Below are positions 12,501-30,500 of a stretch of DNA of 64,000 nucleotides, in pieces. The position numbers and the translations under genes are program-made. The DNA comes from Euprymna scolopes. Lineage: Eukaryota. Position 1 is the first letter of the stretch. Every line of letters begins with the position of its first letter. The stretch lies in NCBI GenBank assembly GCA_053919585.1, contig CM132819.1; one strand, given 5' to 3'. The notes below the pieces were generated by a model, which was given only the letters and a program-made list of their open reading frames with translations, searched no databases and had not been told where the DNA came from.

Positions 12501-15500
12501 CATACATTAAACTAATTTATAGAAGATGCATACATAAAACTAATTTATAGAAGATGGCATACATAAAACTAATTTATAGAAGATGCCATACATAAAACTA
12601 ATTTATAGAAGATGCCATACATAAAACTAATTTATAGAAGATGCCATACATAAAACTAATTTATAGAAGATGCCATACATTAAACTAATTTATAGAAGAT
12701 GCCATACATTAAACTAATTTATAGAAGATGCCATACATAAAACTACTTTATAGAAGATGCCATACATAAAACTAATTTATAGAAGATGCCATACATTAAA
12801 CTAATTTATAGAAGATGCCATACATAAAACTAATTTATAGAAGATGCCATACATTAAACTAATTTATAGAAGATGCCATACATAAAACTAATTTATAGAA
12901 GATGCCATACATTAAACTAATTTATAGAAGATGCCATACATAAAACTAATTTATAGAAGATGCCATACATTAAACTAATTTATAGAAGATGCCATACATA
13001 AAACTAATTTATAGAAGATGCCATAAATAAAACTAATTTATAGAAGATGCCATACATCAAACTAATTTATAGAAGATGCCATACATAAAACTAATTTATA
13101 GAAGATGCCATACATAAAACTAATTTATAGAAGATGCCATACATAAAACTAATTTATAGAAGATGCCATACATAAAACTAATTTATAGAAGATGCCATAC
13201 ATAAAACTAATTTATAGAAGATGCCATACATTAAACTAATTTACAGAAGATGCCATACATAAAACTAATTTATAGAAGATGCCATACATAAAACTAATTT
13301 ATAGAAGATGCCATACATAAAACTAATTTATAGAAGATGTCATACATAAAACTAATTTATAGAAGATGCCATACATAAAACTAATTTATAGAAGATGCAA
13401 TCCATAAAACTAATTAATAGAAGGTGTCAGACATACAACTAATTAATAGAAGATGCCATACATAAAACTAATTTATAGAAGATGTCATACATAAAACTAA
13501 TTCATAGAAGATGGCATACATAACACTAATTTATAGAAGACGCCATACATAAAACTAATTTATAGAAGATGCCATACATAAAACTAATTTATAGAAGATG
13601 CCATACATAAAACTAATTTATAGAAGATGCAATACATAAAACTAATTTATAGAAGATGTCATACATAAAACTAATTTATAGAAGATGCCATACAATCAAC
13701 TAATTTATAGAAGATGCCATACATAAAACTAATTTATAGAAGATGCCATACATAAAACTAATTTATAGAAGATGCCATATATTAAAACTAATTCATAGAA
13801 GATGCCATACATTAAACTAATTCATAGAAGATGTCATACATAAAACTAATTCATAGAAGATGCCATACATAAAACTAATTTATAGAAGATGCCATACATA
13901 AAACTAATTAATAGAAGATGTCATACATAAAACTAATAAATGGAAGATGCCATACATACAACTAATTTATAGAAGATGCCATACATAAAACTAATTCATA
14001 GAAGATGCCATACATAAAACTAATTAATAGAAGATGCCATACATAAAACTAATTTATAGAAGATGCCATACATTAAACTAATTTATAGAAGATGCCATAC
14101 ATAAAACTAATTTATAGAAGATGCCATACATAAAACTAATTTATAGAAGATGCCATACATTAAACTAATTTATAGAAGATGCCATACATAAAACTAATTT
14201 ATAGAAGATGCCATACATAAAACTAATTTATAGAAGATGCCATACATAAAACTAATTTATAGAAGATGCCATACATAAAACTAATTTATAGAAGATGCCA
14301 TACATTAAACTAATTTATAGAAGATTCCATACATAAAACTTATTTATAGAGGATGCCATACATAAAACTAATTTATAGAAGATGCCATACATTAAACTAA
14401 TTTATAGAAGATGCCATACATAAAACTAATTTATAGAAGATGCTATACATTAAACTAATTTATAGAAGATGCCATACATAAAACTAATTTATAGAAGATG
14501 CCATACATTAAACTAATTTATAGAAGATGCCATACATTAAACTAATTTATAGAAGATGCCATACATAAAACTAATTTATAGAAGATGCCATACATAAAAC
14601 TAATTTATAGAAGATGCCATACATAAAACTAATTTATAGAAGATGCCATACATTAAACTAATTTATAGAAGATGCCATACATAAAACTAATTTATAGAAG
14701 ATGCCATACATTAAACTAATTTATAGAAGATGCCATACATTAAACTAATTTATAGAAGATGCCATACATAAAACTAATTTATAGAAGATGCCATACATAA
14801 AACTAATTTATAGAAGATGCCATACATAAAACTAATTTATAGAAGATGCCATACATAAAACTAATTTATAGAAAATGCCATACATTAAACTAATTTATAG
14901 AAGATTCCATACATAAAACTTATTTATAGAAGATGCCATACATAAAACTAATTTATAGACGATGCCATACATTAAACTAATTTATAGAAGATGCCATACA
15001 TAAAACTAATTTATAGAAGATGCCATACATTAAACTGATTTATAGAAGATGCCATACATAAAACTAATTTATAGAAGATGCCATACATAAAACTAATTTA
15101 TAGAAGATGCCATACATAAAACTAATTTATAGAAGATGCGATACATTAAACTAATTTATAGAAGATGCCATACATAAAACTAATTTATAGACGATGCCAT
15201 ACATTAAACTAATTTATAGAAGATGCCATACATTAAACTAATTTATAGAAGATGCCATACATAAAACTAATTTATAGAAGATGCCATACATAAAACTAAT
15301 TTATAGAAGATGCCATACATAAAACTAATTTATAGAAGATGCCATACATAAAACTAATTTATAGAAGATGCCATACACACAACTAATTCATAGAAGATGC
15401 CATACATTAAACTAATTTATAGAAGATGCCATACATAAAACTAATTTATAGAAGATGCCATAAATAAAACTAATTTATAGAAGATGCCATACATCAAACT

Positions 15501-18500
15501 AATTTATAGAAGATGCCATACATAAAACTAATTTATAGAAGATGCCATACATAAAACTAATTTATAGAAGATGCCATACATAAAACTAATTTATAGAAGA
15601 TGCCATACATAAAACTAATTTATAGAAGATGCCATACATAAAACTAATTTATAGAAGATGCCATACATTAAACTAATTTACAGAAGATGCCATACATAAA
15701 ACTAATTTATAGAAGAATCCATACATAAAACTAATTCATAGAAGATGCCATACATAAAACTAATTTATAGAAGATGTCATACATAAAACTAATTTATAGA
15801 AGATGCCATACATAAAACTAATTTATAGAAGATGCAATCCATAAAACTAATTAATAGAAGATGTCAGACATAAAACTAATTAATAGAAGATGCCATACAT
15901 AAAACTAATTTATAGAAGATGTCATACATTAAACTAATTCATAGAAGATGGCATACATAACACTAATTTATAGAAGACGCCATACATTAAACTAATTTAT
16001 AGAAGATGCCATACATAAAACTAATTTATAGAAGATGCCATACATAAAACTAATTTATAGAAGATGCCATACATAAAACTAATTTATAGAAGATGCCATA
16101 CATAAAACTAATTTATAGAAGATGCCATACAATCAACTAATTTATAGAAGATGCCATACATAAAACTAATTTATAGAAGATGCCATACATAAAACTAATT
16201 TATAGAAGATGCCATACATAAAACTAATTTATAGAAGATGCCATACATTAAACTAATTTATAGAAGATGTCATACATAAAACTAATTTATAGAAGATTCC
16301 ATACATAAAACTAATTTATAGAAGATGCCATACATAAAACTAATTTATAGAAGATGCCATACATAAAACTAATTTGTAGAAGATGCCATACATTAAACTA
16401 ATTCATAGAAGATGCCATACATAAAACTAATTCATAGAAGATGCCATACATAAAACTAATTTATAGAAGATGCCATACATAAAACTAATTTATAGAATGT
16501 GCCATACATTAAACTAATTTATAGAAGATGCCATACATTAAACTAATTCATAGAAGATGCCATACATTAAACTAATTCATAGAAGATGTCATACATAAAA
16601 CTAATTCATAGAAGATGCCATACATAAAACTAATTTATAGAAGATGCCATACATAAAACTAATTAATAGAAGATGTCATACATAAAACTAATTAATGGAA
16701 GATGCCATACATACAACTAATTTATAGAAGATGCCATACATAAAACTAATTCATAGAAGATGCCATACATAAAACTAATTAATAGAAGATGCCATACATA
16801 AAACTAATTTATAGAAGATGCCATACATTAAACTAATTTATAGAAGATGCCATACATAAAACTAATTTATAGAAGATGCCATACATAAAACTAATTTATA
16901 GAAGATGCCATACATTAAACTAATTTATAGAAGATGCCATACATAAAACTAATTTATAGAAGATGCCATACATAAAACTAATTAATAGAAGATGTCATAC
17001 ATAAAACTAATTTATAGAAGATGCCATACAATCAACTAATTTATAGAAGATGCCATACATAAAACTAATTTATAGAAGATGCCATACATAAAACTAATTT
17101 ATAGAAGATGCCATATATTAAAACTAATTCATAGAAGATGCCATACATTAAACTAATTCATAGAAGATGTCATACATAAAACTAATTCATAGAAGATGCC
17201 ATACATAAAACTAATTTATAGAAGATGCCATACATAAAACTAATTAATAGAAGATGTCATACATAAAACTAATAAATGGAAGATGCCATACATACAACTA
17301 ATTTATAGAAGATGCCATACATAAAACTAATTCATAGAAGATGCCATACATAAAACTAATTAATAGAAGATGCCATACATAAAACTAATTTATAGAAGAT
17401 GCCATACATTAAACTAATTTATAGAAGATGCCATACATAAAACTAATTTATAGAAGATGCCATACATAAAACTAATTTATAGAAGATGCCATACATTAAA
17501 CTAATTTATAGAAGATGCCATACATAAAACTAATTTATAGAAGATGCCATACATAAAACTAATTTATAGAAGATGCCATACATAAAACTAATTTATAGAA
17601 GATGCCATACATAAAACTAATTTATAGAAGATGCCATACATTAAACTAATTTATAGAAGATTCCATACATAAAACTTATTTATAGAGGATGCCATACATA
17701 AAACTAATTTATAGAAGATGCCATACATTAAACTAATTTATAGAAGATGCCATACATAAAACTAATTTATAGAAGATGCTATACATTAAACTAATTTATA
17801 GAAGATGCCATACATAAAACTAATTTATAGAAGATGCCATACATAAAACTAATTTATAGAAGATGCCATACATTAAACTAATTTATAGAAGATGCCATAC
17901 ATAAAACTAATTTATAGAAGATGCCATACATAAAACTAATTTATAGAAGATGCCATACATAAAACTAATTTATAGAAGATGCCATACATTAAACTAATTT
18001 ATAGAAGATGCCATACATAAAACTAATTTATAGAAGATGCCATACATTAAACTAATTTATAGAAGATGCCATACATTAAACTAATTTATAGAAGATGCCA
18101 TACATAAAACTAATTTATAGAAGATGCCATACATAAAACTAATTTATAGAAGATGCCATACATAAAACTAATTTATAGAAGATGCCATACATAAAACTAA
18201 TTTATAGAAAATGCCATACATTAAACTAATTTATAGAAGATTCCATACATAAAACTTATTTATAGAAGATGCCATACATAAAACTAATTTATAGACGATG
18301 CCATACATTAAACTAATTTATAGAAGATGCCATACATAAAACTAATTTATAGAAGATGCCATACATTAAACTGATTTATAGAAGATGCCATACATAAAAC
18401 TAATTTATAGAAGATGCCATACATAAAACTAATTTATAGAAGATGCCATACATAAAACTAATTTATAGAAGATGCGATACATTAAACTAATTTATAGAAG

Positions 18501-21500
18501 ATGCCATACATAAAACTAATTTATAGACGATGCCATACATTAAACTAATTTATAGAAGATGCCATACATTAAACTAATTTATAGAAGATGCCATACATAA
18601 AACTAATTTATAGAAGATGCCATACATAAAACTAATTTATAGAAGATGCCATACATAAAACTAATTTATAGAAGATGCCATACATAAAACTAATTTATAG
18701 AAGATGCCATACATAAAACTAATTCATAGAAGATGCCATACATTAAACTAATTTATAGAAGATGCCATACATAAAACTAATTTATAGAAGATGCCATAAA
18801 TAAAACTAATTTATAGAAGATGCCATACATCAAACTAATTTATAGAAGATGCCATACATAAAACTAATTTATAGAAGATGCCATACATAAAACTAATTTA
18901 TAGAAGATGCCATACATAAAACTAATTTATAGAAGATGCCATACATAAAACTAATTTATAGAAGATGCCATACATAAAACTAATTTATAGAAGATGCCAT
19001 ACATTAAACTAATTTACAGAAGATGTCATACATAAAACTAATTTATAGAAGAATCCATACATAAAACTAATTCATAGAAGATGCCATACATAAAACTAAT
19101 TTATAGAAGATGTCATACATAAAACTAATTTATAGAAGATGCCATACATAAAACTAATTTATAGAAGATGCAATCCATAAAACTAATTAATAGAAGATGT
19201 CAGACATAAAACTAATTAATAGAAGATGCCATACATAAAACTAATTTATAGAAGATGTCATACATTAAACTAATTCATAGAAGATGGCATACATAACACT
19301 AATTTATAGAAGACGCCATACATTAAACTAATTTATAGAAGATGCCATACATAAAACTAATTTATAGAAGATGCCATACATAAAACTAATTTATAGAAGA
19401 TGCCATACATAAAACTAATTTATAGAAGATGCCATACATAAAACTAATTTATAGAAGATGCCATACAATCAACTAATTTATAGAAGATGCCATACAATCA
19501 ACTAATTTATAGAAGATGCCATACATAAAACTAATTTATAGAAGATGCCATACATAAAACTAATTTATAGAAGATGCCATACATTAAACTAATTTATAGA
19601 AGATGTCATACATAAAACTAATTTATAGAAGATTCCATACATAAAACTAATTTATAGAAGATGCCATACATAAAACTAATTTATAGAAGATGCCATACAT
19701 AAAACTAATTTGTAGAAGATGCCATACATTAAACTAATTCATAGAAGATGCCATACATAAAACTAATTCATAGAAGATGCCATACATAAAACTAATTTAT
19801 AGAAGATGCCATACATAAAACTAATTTATAGAATGTGCCATACATTAAACTAATTTATAGAAGATGCCATACATTAAACTAATTCATAGAAGATGCCATA
19901 CATTAAACTAATTCATAGAAGATGTCATACATAAAACTAATTCATAGAAGATGCCATACATAAAACTAATTTATAGAAGATGCCATACATAAAACTAATT
20001 AATAGAAGATGTCATACATAAAACTAATTAATGGAAGATGCCATACATACAACTAATTTATAGAAGATGCCATACATAAAACTAATTCATAGAAGATGCC
20101 ATACATAAAACTAATTAATAGAAGATGCCATACATAAAACTAATTTATAGAAGATGCCATACATTAAACTAATTTATAGAAGATGCCATACATAAAACTA
20201 ATTTATAGAAGATGCCATACATAAAACTAATTTATAGAAGATGCCATACATTAAACTAATTTATAGAAGATGCCATACATAAAACTAATTTATAGAAGAT
20301 GCCATACATAAAACTAATTTATAGAAGATGCCATACATAAAACTAATTTATAGAAGATGCCATACATAAAACTAATTTATAGAAGATGCCATACATTAAA
20401 CTAATTTATAGAAGATTCCATACATAAAACTTATTTATAGAGGATGCCATACATAAAACTAATTTATAGAAGATGCCATACATAAAACTAATTTATAGAA
20501 GATTCCATACATAAAACTAATTTATAGAAGATGCTATACATTAAACGAATTTATAGAAGATGCCATACATAAAACTAATTTATAGAAGATGCCATACATA
20601 AAACTAATTTATAGAAGATGCCATACATTAAACTAATTTATAGAAGATGCCATACATTAAACTAATTTATAGAAGATGCCATACATAAAACTAATTTATA
20701 GAAGATGCCATACATAAAACTAATTTATAGAAGATGCCATACATTAAACTAATTTATAGAAGATGCCATACATAAAACTAATTTATAGAAGATGCCATAC
20801 ATTAAACTAATTTATAGAAGATGCCATACATTAAACTAATTTATAGAAGATGCCATACATAAAACTAATTTATAGAAGATGCCATACATAAAACTAATTT
20901 ATAGAAGATGCCATACATAAAACTAATTTATAGAAGATGCCATACATAAAACTAATTTATAGAAGATGCCATACATTAAACTAATTTATAGAAGATTCCA
21001 TACATAAAACTTATTTATAGAAGATGCCATACATAAAACTAATTTATAGACGATGCCATACATTAAACTAATTTATAGAAGATGCCATACATAAAACTAA
21101 TTTATAGAAGATGCCATACATTAAACTGATTTATAGAAGATGCCATACATAAAACTAATTTATAGAAGATGCCATACATAAAACTAATTTATAGAAGATG
21201 CCATACATAAAACTAATTTATAGAAGATGCGATACATTAAACTAATTTATAGAAGATGCCATACATAAAACTAATTTATAGACGATGCCATACATTAAAC
21301 TAATTTATAGAAGATGCCATACATTAAACTAATTTATAGAAGATGCCATACATAAAACTAATTTATAGAAGATGCCATACATAAAACTAATTTATAGAAG
21401 ATGCCATACATAAAACTAATTTATAGAAGATGCCATACATAAAACTAATTTATAGAAGATGCCATACATAAAACTAATTCATAGAAGATGCCATACATTA

Positions 21501-24500
21501 AACTAATTTATAGAAGATGCCATACATAAAACTAATTTATAGAAGATGCCATAAATAAAACTAATTTATAGAAGATGCCATACATCAAACTAATTTATAG
21601 AAGATGCCATACATAAAACTAATTTATAGAAGATGCCATACATAAAACTAATTTATAGAAGATGCCATACATAAAACTAATTTATAGAAGATGCCATACA
21701 TAAAACTAATTTATAGAAGATGCCATACATAAAACTAATTTATAGAAGATGCCATACATTAAACTAATTTACAGAAGATGCCATACATAAAACTAATTTA
21801 TAGAAGAGTCCATACATAAAACTAATTCATAGAAGATGCCATACATAAAACTAATTTATAGAAGATGTCATACATAAAACTAATTTATAGAAGATGCCAT
21901 ACATAAAACTAATTTATAGAAGATGCAATCCATAAAACTAATTAATAGAAGATGTCAGACATAAAACTAATTAATAGAAGATGCCATACATAAAACTAAT
22001 TTATAGAAGATGTCATACATTAAACTAATTCATAGAAGATGGCATACATAACACTAATTTATAGAAGACGCCATACATTAAACTAATTTATAGAAGATGC
22101 CATACATAAAACTAATTTATAGAAGATGCCATACATAAAACTAATTTATAGAAGATGCCATACATAAAACTAATTTATAGAAGATGCCATACATAAAACT
22201 AATTTATAGAAGATGCCATACAATCAACTAATTTATAGAAGATAACATACATAAAACTAATTTATAGAAGATGCCATACATAAAACTAATTTATAGAAGA
22301 TGCCATACATAAAACTAATTTATAGAAGATGCCATACATTAAACTAATTTATAGAAGATGTCATACATAAAACTAATTTATAGAAGATTCCATACATAAA
22401 ACTAATTTATAGAAGATGCCATACATAAAACTAATTTATAGAAGATGCCATACATAAAACTAATTTGTAGAAGATGCCATACATTAAACTAATTCATAGA
22501 AGAGTCCATACATAAAACTAATTCATAGAAGATGCCATACATAAAACTAATTTATAGAAGATGCCATACATAAAACTAATTTATAGAATGTGCCATACAT
22601 TAAACTAATTTATAGAAGATGCCATACATTAAACTAATTCATAGAAGATGCCATACATAAAACTAATTCATAGAAGATGCCATACATAAAACTAATTTAT
22701 AGAAGATGCCATACATAAAACTAATTTATAGAAGATGCCATACATAAAACTAATTAATAGAAGATGCCATACATAAAACTAATTTATAGAAGATGCCATA
22801 CATAAAACTAATTTATAGAAGATGCCATACATAAAACTAATTCATAGAAGATGCCATACATTAAACTAATTTATAGAAGATGCCATACATAAAACTAATT
22901 CATAGAAGATGCCATACATAAAACTAATTTATAGAAGATGCCATACATAAAACTAATTTATAGAAGATGCCATACATAAAACTAATTTATAGAAGATGCC
23001 ATACATAAAACTAATTTATAGAAGATGCCATACATAAAACTAATTTATAGAAGATGCCATACATAAAACTAATTTATAGAAGATGCCATACATAAAACTA
23101 ATTTATAGAAGATGCCATACATTAAACTAATTTATAGAAGATTCCATACATAAAACTTATTTATAGAAGATGCCATACATAAAACTAATTTATAGAAGAT
23201 GCCATACATTAAACTAATTTATAGAAAGTGCCATACATAAAACTAATTTATAGAAGATGCTATACATTAAACTAATTTATAGAAGATGCCATACATAAAA
23301 CTAATTTATAGAAGATGCCATACATAAAACTAATTTATAGAAGATGCCATACATTAAACTAATTTATAGAAGATGCCATACATAAAACTAATTTATAGAA
23401 GATGCCATACATAAAACTAATTTATAGAAGATGCCATACATAAAACTAATTTATAGAAGATGCCATACATTGAACTAATTTATAGAAGATGCCATACATA
23501 AAACTAATTTATAGAAGATGCCATACATTAAACTAATTTATAGAAGATGCCATACATTAAACTAATTAATAGAAGATGCCATACATAAAACTAATTTATA
23601 GAAGATGCTATACATAAAACTAATTTATAGAAGATGCCATACATAAAACTAATTTATAGAAGATGCCATACATAAAAATAATTTATAGAAGATGCCATAC
23701 ATTAAACTAATTTATAGAATATTCCATACATAAAACTTATTTATAGAAGATGCCATACATAAAACTAATTTATAGGCGATGCCATACATTAAACTAATTT
23801 ATAGAAGATGCCATACATAAAACTAATTTATAGAAGATGCCATACATTAAACTGATTTATAGAAGATGCCATACATAAAACTAATTTATAGAAGATGCCA
23901 TACATAAAACTAATTTATAGAAGATGCCATACATAAAACTAATTTATAGAAGATGCCATACATTAAACTAATTTATAGAAGATGCCATACATAAAACTAA
24001 TTTATAGACGATGCCATACATTAAACTAATTTATAGAAGATGCCATACATTAAACTAATTTATAGAAGATGCCATACATAAAACTAATTTATAGAAGATG
24101 CCATACATAAAACTAATTTATAGAAGATGCCATACATAAAACTAATTTATAGAAGATTCCATACATAAAACTAATTTATAGAAGATGCCATACATAAAAC
24201 TAATTTATAGAAGATGCCATACATAAAACTAACTCATAGAATATGCCATACATTAAACTAATTTATAGAAGATGCCATACATAAAACTAATTCATAGAAG
24301 ATGCCATACATTAAACTAATTTATAGAAGATGCCATACATTAAACTAATTTATAGAAGATGCCACACATAAAACTAATTTATAGAAGATGCCATACATAA
24401 AACTAATTTATAGAAGATGCCATACATAAAACTAATTTATAGAAGATGCCATACATAAAACTAATTTATAGAAGATGCCATACATTAAACTTATTTATAG

Positions 24501-27500
24501 AAGATTCCATACATAAAACTTATTTATAGAAGATGCCATACATAAAACTAATTTATAGAAGATGCCATACATTAAACTAATTTATAGAAGATGCCATACA
24601 TAAAACTAATTTATAGAAGATGCCATACATTAAACTGATTTATAGAAGATGCCATACATTAAACTAATTTATAGAAGATGCCATACATAAAACTAATTTA
24701 TAGAAGATGCCATACATTAAACTAATTTATAGAAGATGCCATACATTAAACTAATTTATAGAAGATGCCATACATAAAACTAATTTATAGAAGATGCCAT
24801 ACATAAAACTAATTTATGGAAGATGCCATACATTAAACTAATTTATAGAAGATGCCATACATTAAACTAATTTATAGAAGATGCCATACATTAAACTAAT
24901 TTATAGAAGATGCCATACATAAAACTAATTTATAGAAGATGCCATACATAAAACTAATTTATAGAAGATGCCATACATAAAACTAATTTATAGAAGATGC
25001 CATACATTAAACTAATTTATAGAAGATGCCATACATAAAACTAATTTATAGAAGATGCCATACATAAAACTAATTTATAGAAGATGCCATACATAAAACT
25101 AATTCATAGAAGATGCCATACATTAAACTAATTTATAGAAGATGCCATACATAAAACTAATTTATAGAAGATGCCATACATTAAACTAATTTATAGAAGA
25201 TGCCATACATTAAACTAATTTATAGAAGATGCCATACATACCACTATTTTATAGAAGATGCCATACATAAAACTAATTTATAGAAGATGCCATACATAAA
25301 ACTAATTTATAGAAGATGCCATACATAAAACTAATTTATAGAAGATGCCATACATGAAACTAATTTATAGAAGATTCCATACATAAAACTTATTTATAGA
25401 AGATGCCATACATAAAACTAATCTATAGAAGATGCCATACATTAAACTAATTTATAGAAGATGCCATACATAAAACTAATTTATAGAAGATGTCATACAT
25501 TAAACTGATTTATAGAAGATGCCATACATAAAACTAATTTATAGAAGATGCCATACATAAAACTAATATATAGACGATGCCATACATTAAACTAATTTAT
25601 AGAAGATGCCATACATAAAACTAATTTATAGAAGATGCCATACATAAAACTAATTTATAGAAGATGCCATACATTAAACTAATTTATAGAAGATGCCATA
25701 CATAAAACTAATTTATAGAAGATGCCATACATAAAACTAATTTATAGAAGATGCCATAGATTAAACTAATTTATAGAAGATGCCATACATAAAACTAATT
25801 TATAGAAGATGCCATACATTAAACTAATTTATAGAAGATGCCATACATAAAACTAATTTATAGAAGATGCCATACATAAAACTAATTTATAGAAGATGCC
25901 ATACATAAAACTAATTTATAGAAGATGCCATACATAAAACTAATTTATAGAAGATGCCATACATAAAACTAATTTATAGAAGATGCCATACATAAAACTA
26001 ATTTATAGAAGATGCCATACATTAAACTAATTTATAGAAGATGCCATACATAAAACTAATTTATAGAAGATGCCATACATTAAACTAATTTATAGAAGAT
26101 GCCATACATTAAACTAATTTATAGAAGATGCCATACATAAAACTAATTTATAGAAGATGTCATACATAAAACTAATTTATAGAAGATGCCATACATAAAA
26201 CTAATTTATAGAAGATGCCATACATAAAACTAATTTATAGAAGATGCCATACATAAAACTAATTTATAGAAGATGCCATACATAAAACTAATTTATAGAA
26301 GATGCCATACATTAAACTAATTTATAGAAGATGCCATACATAAAACTAATTTATAGAAGATGCCATACATAAAACTAATTTATAGAAGATGCCATACATT
26401 AAACTAATTTATAGATGATGCCATACATAAAACTAATTTATAGAAGATGCCATACATAAAACTAAGTTATAGAAGATGCCATACATAAAACTAATTTATA
26501 GAAGATGCCATACATAAAACTAATTAATAGAAGATGCCATACATAAAACTAATTTATAGAAGATGCCATACATAAAACTAATTTATAGAAGATGCCATAC
26601 ATAAAACTAATTCATAGAAGATGCCATACATAAAACTAATTCATAGAAGATGATATACATAAAACTAATTTATAGAAGATGCCATACATAAAACTAATTT
26701 ATAGAAGATGCCATACATAAAACTAATTTATAGAAGATGCCATACATAAAACTAATTTATAGAAGATGCCATACATTAAACTAATTTATAGACGATGCCA
26801 TACATAAAACTAATTTATAGAAGATGCCATACATTAAACTAATATATAGAAGATGCCATACATAAAACTAATTTGTAGAAGATGCCATACATTAAACTAA
26901 TTTATAGAAGATGCCATACATAAAACTAATTCATAGAAGATGCCATACATAAAACTAATTTATAGAAGATGCCATACATAAAACTAATTTATAGAATGTG
27001 CCATACATTAAACTAATTTATAGAAGATGCCATACATTAAACAAATTCATAGAAGATGCCATACATAAAACTAATTCATAGAAGATGCCATACATAAAAC
27101 TAATTTATAGAAGATGCCATACATAAAACTAATTTATAGAAGATGCCATACATAAAACTAATTCATAGAAGATGCCATACATAAAACTAATTTATAGAAG
27201 ATGCCATACATAAAACTAATTCATAGAAGATGCCATACATAAAACTAATTTATAGAAGATGCCATACATAAAACTAATTTATAGAAGATGCCATACATAA
27301 AACTAATTTATAGAAGATGCCATACATTAAACTAATTTATAGACGATGCCATACATAAAACTAATTTATAGAAGATGCCATACATAAAACTAATATATAG
27401 AAGATGCCATACATAAAACTAATTTATAGAAGATGCCATACATTAAACTAATTCATAGAAGATGCCATACATAAAACTAATTCATAGAAGATGCCATACA

Positions 27501-30500
27501 TAAAACTAATTTATAGAAGATGCCATACATAAAACTAATTTATAGAAGATGCCATACATAAAACTAATTTATAGAAGATGCCATACATTAAACTAATTCA
27601 TAGAAGATGCCATACATAAAACTAATTCATAGAAGATGCCATACATAAAACTAATTCATAGAAGATGCCATACATAAAACTAATTTATAGAAGATGCCAT
27701 ACATTAAACTAATTTATAGAAGATGCCATACATAAAACTAATTTATAGAAGATGTCATACATAAAACTAATTTATAGAAGATGCCATACATAAAACTAAT
27801 TTATAGAAGATGCCATACATAAAACTAATTTATAGAAGATGCCATACATTAAACTAATTTATAGAAGATGCCATACATAAAACTAATTAATAGAAGATGC
27901 CATACATAAAACTAATTTATAGAAGATTCCATACATTAAACTAATTTATAGAAGATGCCATACATAAAACTAATTTATAGAAGATGCCATACATAAAACT
28001 AATTTATAGAAGATGCCATACATAAAACATATTTATAGAAGATGTCATACATAAAACTAACTTATAGAAGATGCCATACATAAAACTAATTTATGGAAGA
28101 TGTCATACATAAAACTAATTTATAGAAGATGTCATACATAAAACTAATTAATAGAAGATGCCATACATTAAACTAATTTATAGAAGATGTCATACATAAA
28201 ACTAATTTATAGAAGATGTCATACATAAAACTAATTTATAGAAGATGCCATACATAAAACTAATTTATAGAAGATGCCATACATTAAACTAATTTATAGA
28301 AGATTCCATACATAAAAATTTATTTATAGAAGATGCCATACATAAAACTAATTTATAGAAGATGCCATACATTAAACTAATTTATAGAAGATGCCATACA
28401 TAAAACTAATTTATAGAAGATGCTATACATTAAACTAATTCATAGAAGATGCCATACATAAAACTAATTTATAGAAGATGCCATACATAAAACTAATTTA
28501 TAGAAGATGCCATACATTAAACTAACTTATAGAAGATGCCATACATAAAACTAATTTATAGAAGATGCCATACATAAAACTAATTTATAGAAGATGCCAT
28601 ACATAAAACTAATTCATAGAATATGCCATACATTAAACTAATTCATAGAAGATGCCATACATAAAACTAATTTATAGAAGATGCCATACATTAAACTAAT
28701 TTATAGAAGATGCCATACATTAAACTAATTTATAGAAGATGCCATACATAAAACTAATTTATAGAAGATGCCATACATAAAACTAATTTATAGAAGATGC
28801 CATACATAAAACTAATTTATAGAAGATGCCATACATAAAACTAATTTATAGAAGATGCCATACATTAAACTTATTTATAGAAGATTCCATACATAAAACT
28901 TATTTATAGAAGATGCCATACATAAAACTAATTTATAGAAGATGCCATACATTAAACTAATTTATAGAAGATGCCATACATAAAACTAATTTATAGAAGA
29001 TTCCATACATTAAACTGATTTATAGAAGATTCCATACATAAAACTAATTTATAGAGGATGCCATACATAAAACTAATTTTTAGAAGATGCCATACATAAA
29101 ACTAATTTATAGAAGATGCCATACATTAAACTAATTTATAGAAGATGCCATACATAAAACTAATTTATAGACGATGCCATACATTAAACTAATTTATAGA
29201 AGATGCCATACATTAAACTAATTTATAGAAGATGCCATACATTAAACTAATTTATAGAAGATGTCATACATAAAACTAATTTATAGAAGATGTCATACAT
29301 AAAACTAATTTATAGAAGATGCCATACATAAAACTAATTTATAGAAGATGCCATACATTAAACTAATTTATAGAAGATTCCATACATAAAAATTTATTTA
29401 TAGAAGATGCCATACATAAAACTTATTTATAGAAGATGCCATACATTAAACTAATTTATAGAAGATGCCATACATAAAACTAATTTATAGAAGATGCTAT
29501 ACATTAAACTAATTTATAGAAGATGCCATACATAAAACTTATTTATAGAAGATGCCATACATAAAACTAATTTATAGAAGATGCCATACATTAAACTAAT
29601 TTATAGAAGATGCCATACATAAAACTAATTTATAGAAGATGCCATACATAAAACTAATTCATAGAAGATGCCATACATAAAACTAATTCATAGAATATGC
29701 CATACATTAAACTAATTTATAGAAGATGCCATACATAAAACTAATTTATAGAAGATGCCATACATTAAACTAATTTATAGAAGATGCCATACATTAAACT
29801 AATTTATAGAAGATGCCATACATAAAACTAATTTATAGAAGATGCCATACATAAAACTAATTTATAGAAGATGCCATACATAAAACTAATTTATAGAAGA
29901 TGCCATACATAAAACTAATTTATAGAAGATGCCATACATTAAACTTATTTATAGAAGATTCCATACATAAAACTTATTTATAGAAGATGCCATACATAAA
30001 ACTAATTTATAGAAGATGCCATACATTAAACTAATTTATAGAAGATGCCATACATAAAACTAATTTATAGAAGATGCCATACATTAAACTGATTGATAGA
30101 AGATGCCATACATAAAACTAATTTATAGAAGATGCCATACATAAAACTAATTTATAGAAGATGCCATACATAAAACTAATTTATAGAAGATGCCATACAT
30201 TAAACTAATTTATAGAAGGTGCCATGCATAAAACTAATTTATAGACGATGCCATACATTAAACTAATTTATAGAAGATGCCATACATTAAACTAATTTAT
30301 AGAAGATTCCATACATAAAACTAATTTATAGAAGATGCCATACATTAAACTAATTTATAGAAGATGCCATACATTAAACTAATTTATAGAAGATGCCATA
30401 CATAAAACTAATTTATAGAAGATGCCATACATAAAACTAATTTATAGAAGATGCCATACATAAAACTAATTTATAGAAGATGCCATACATAAAACTAATT

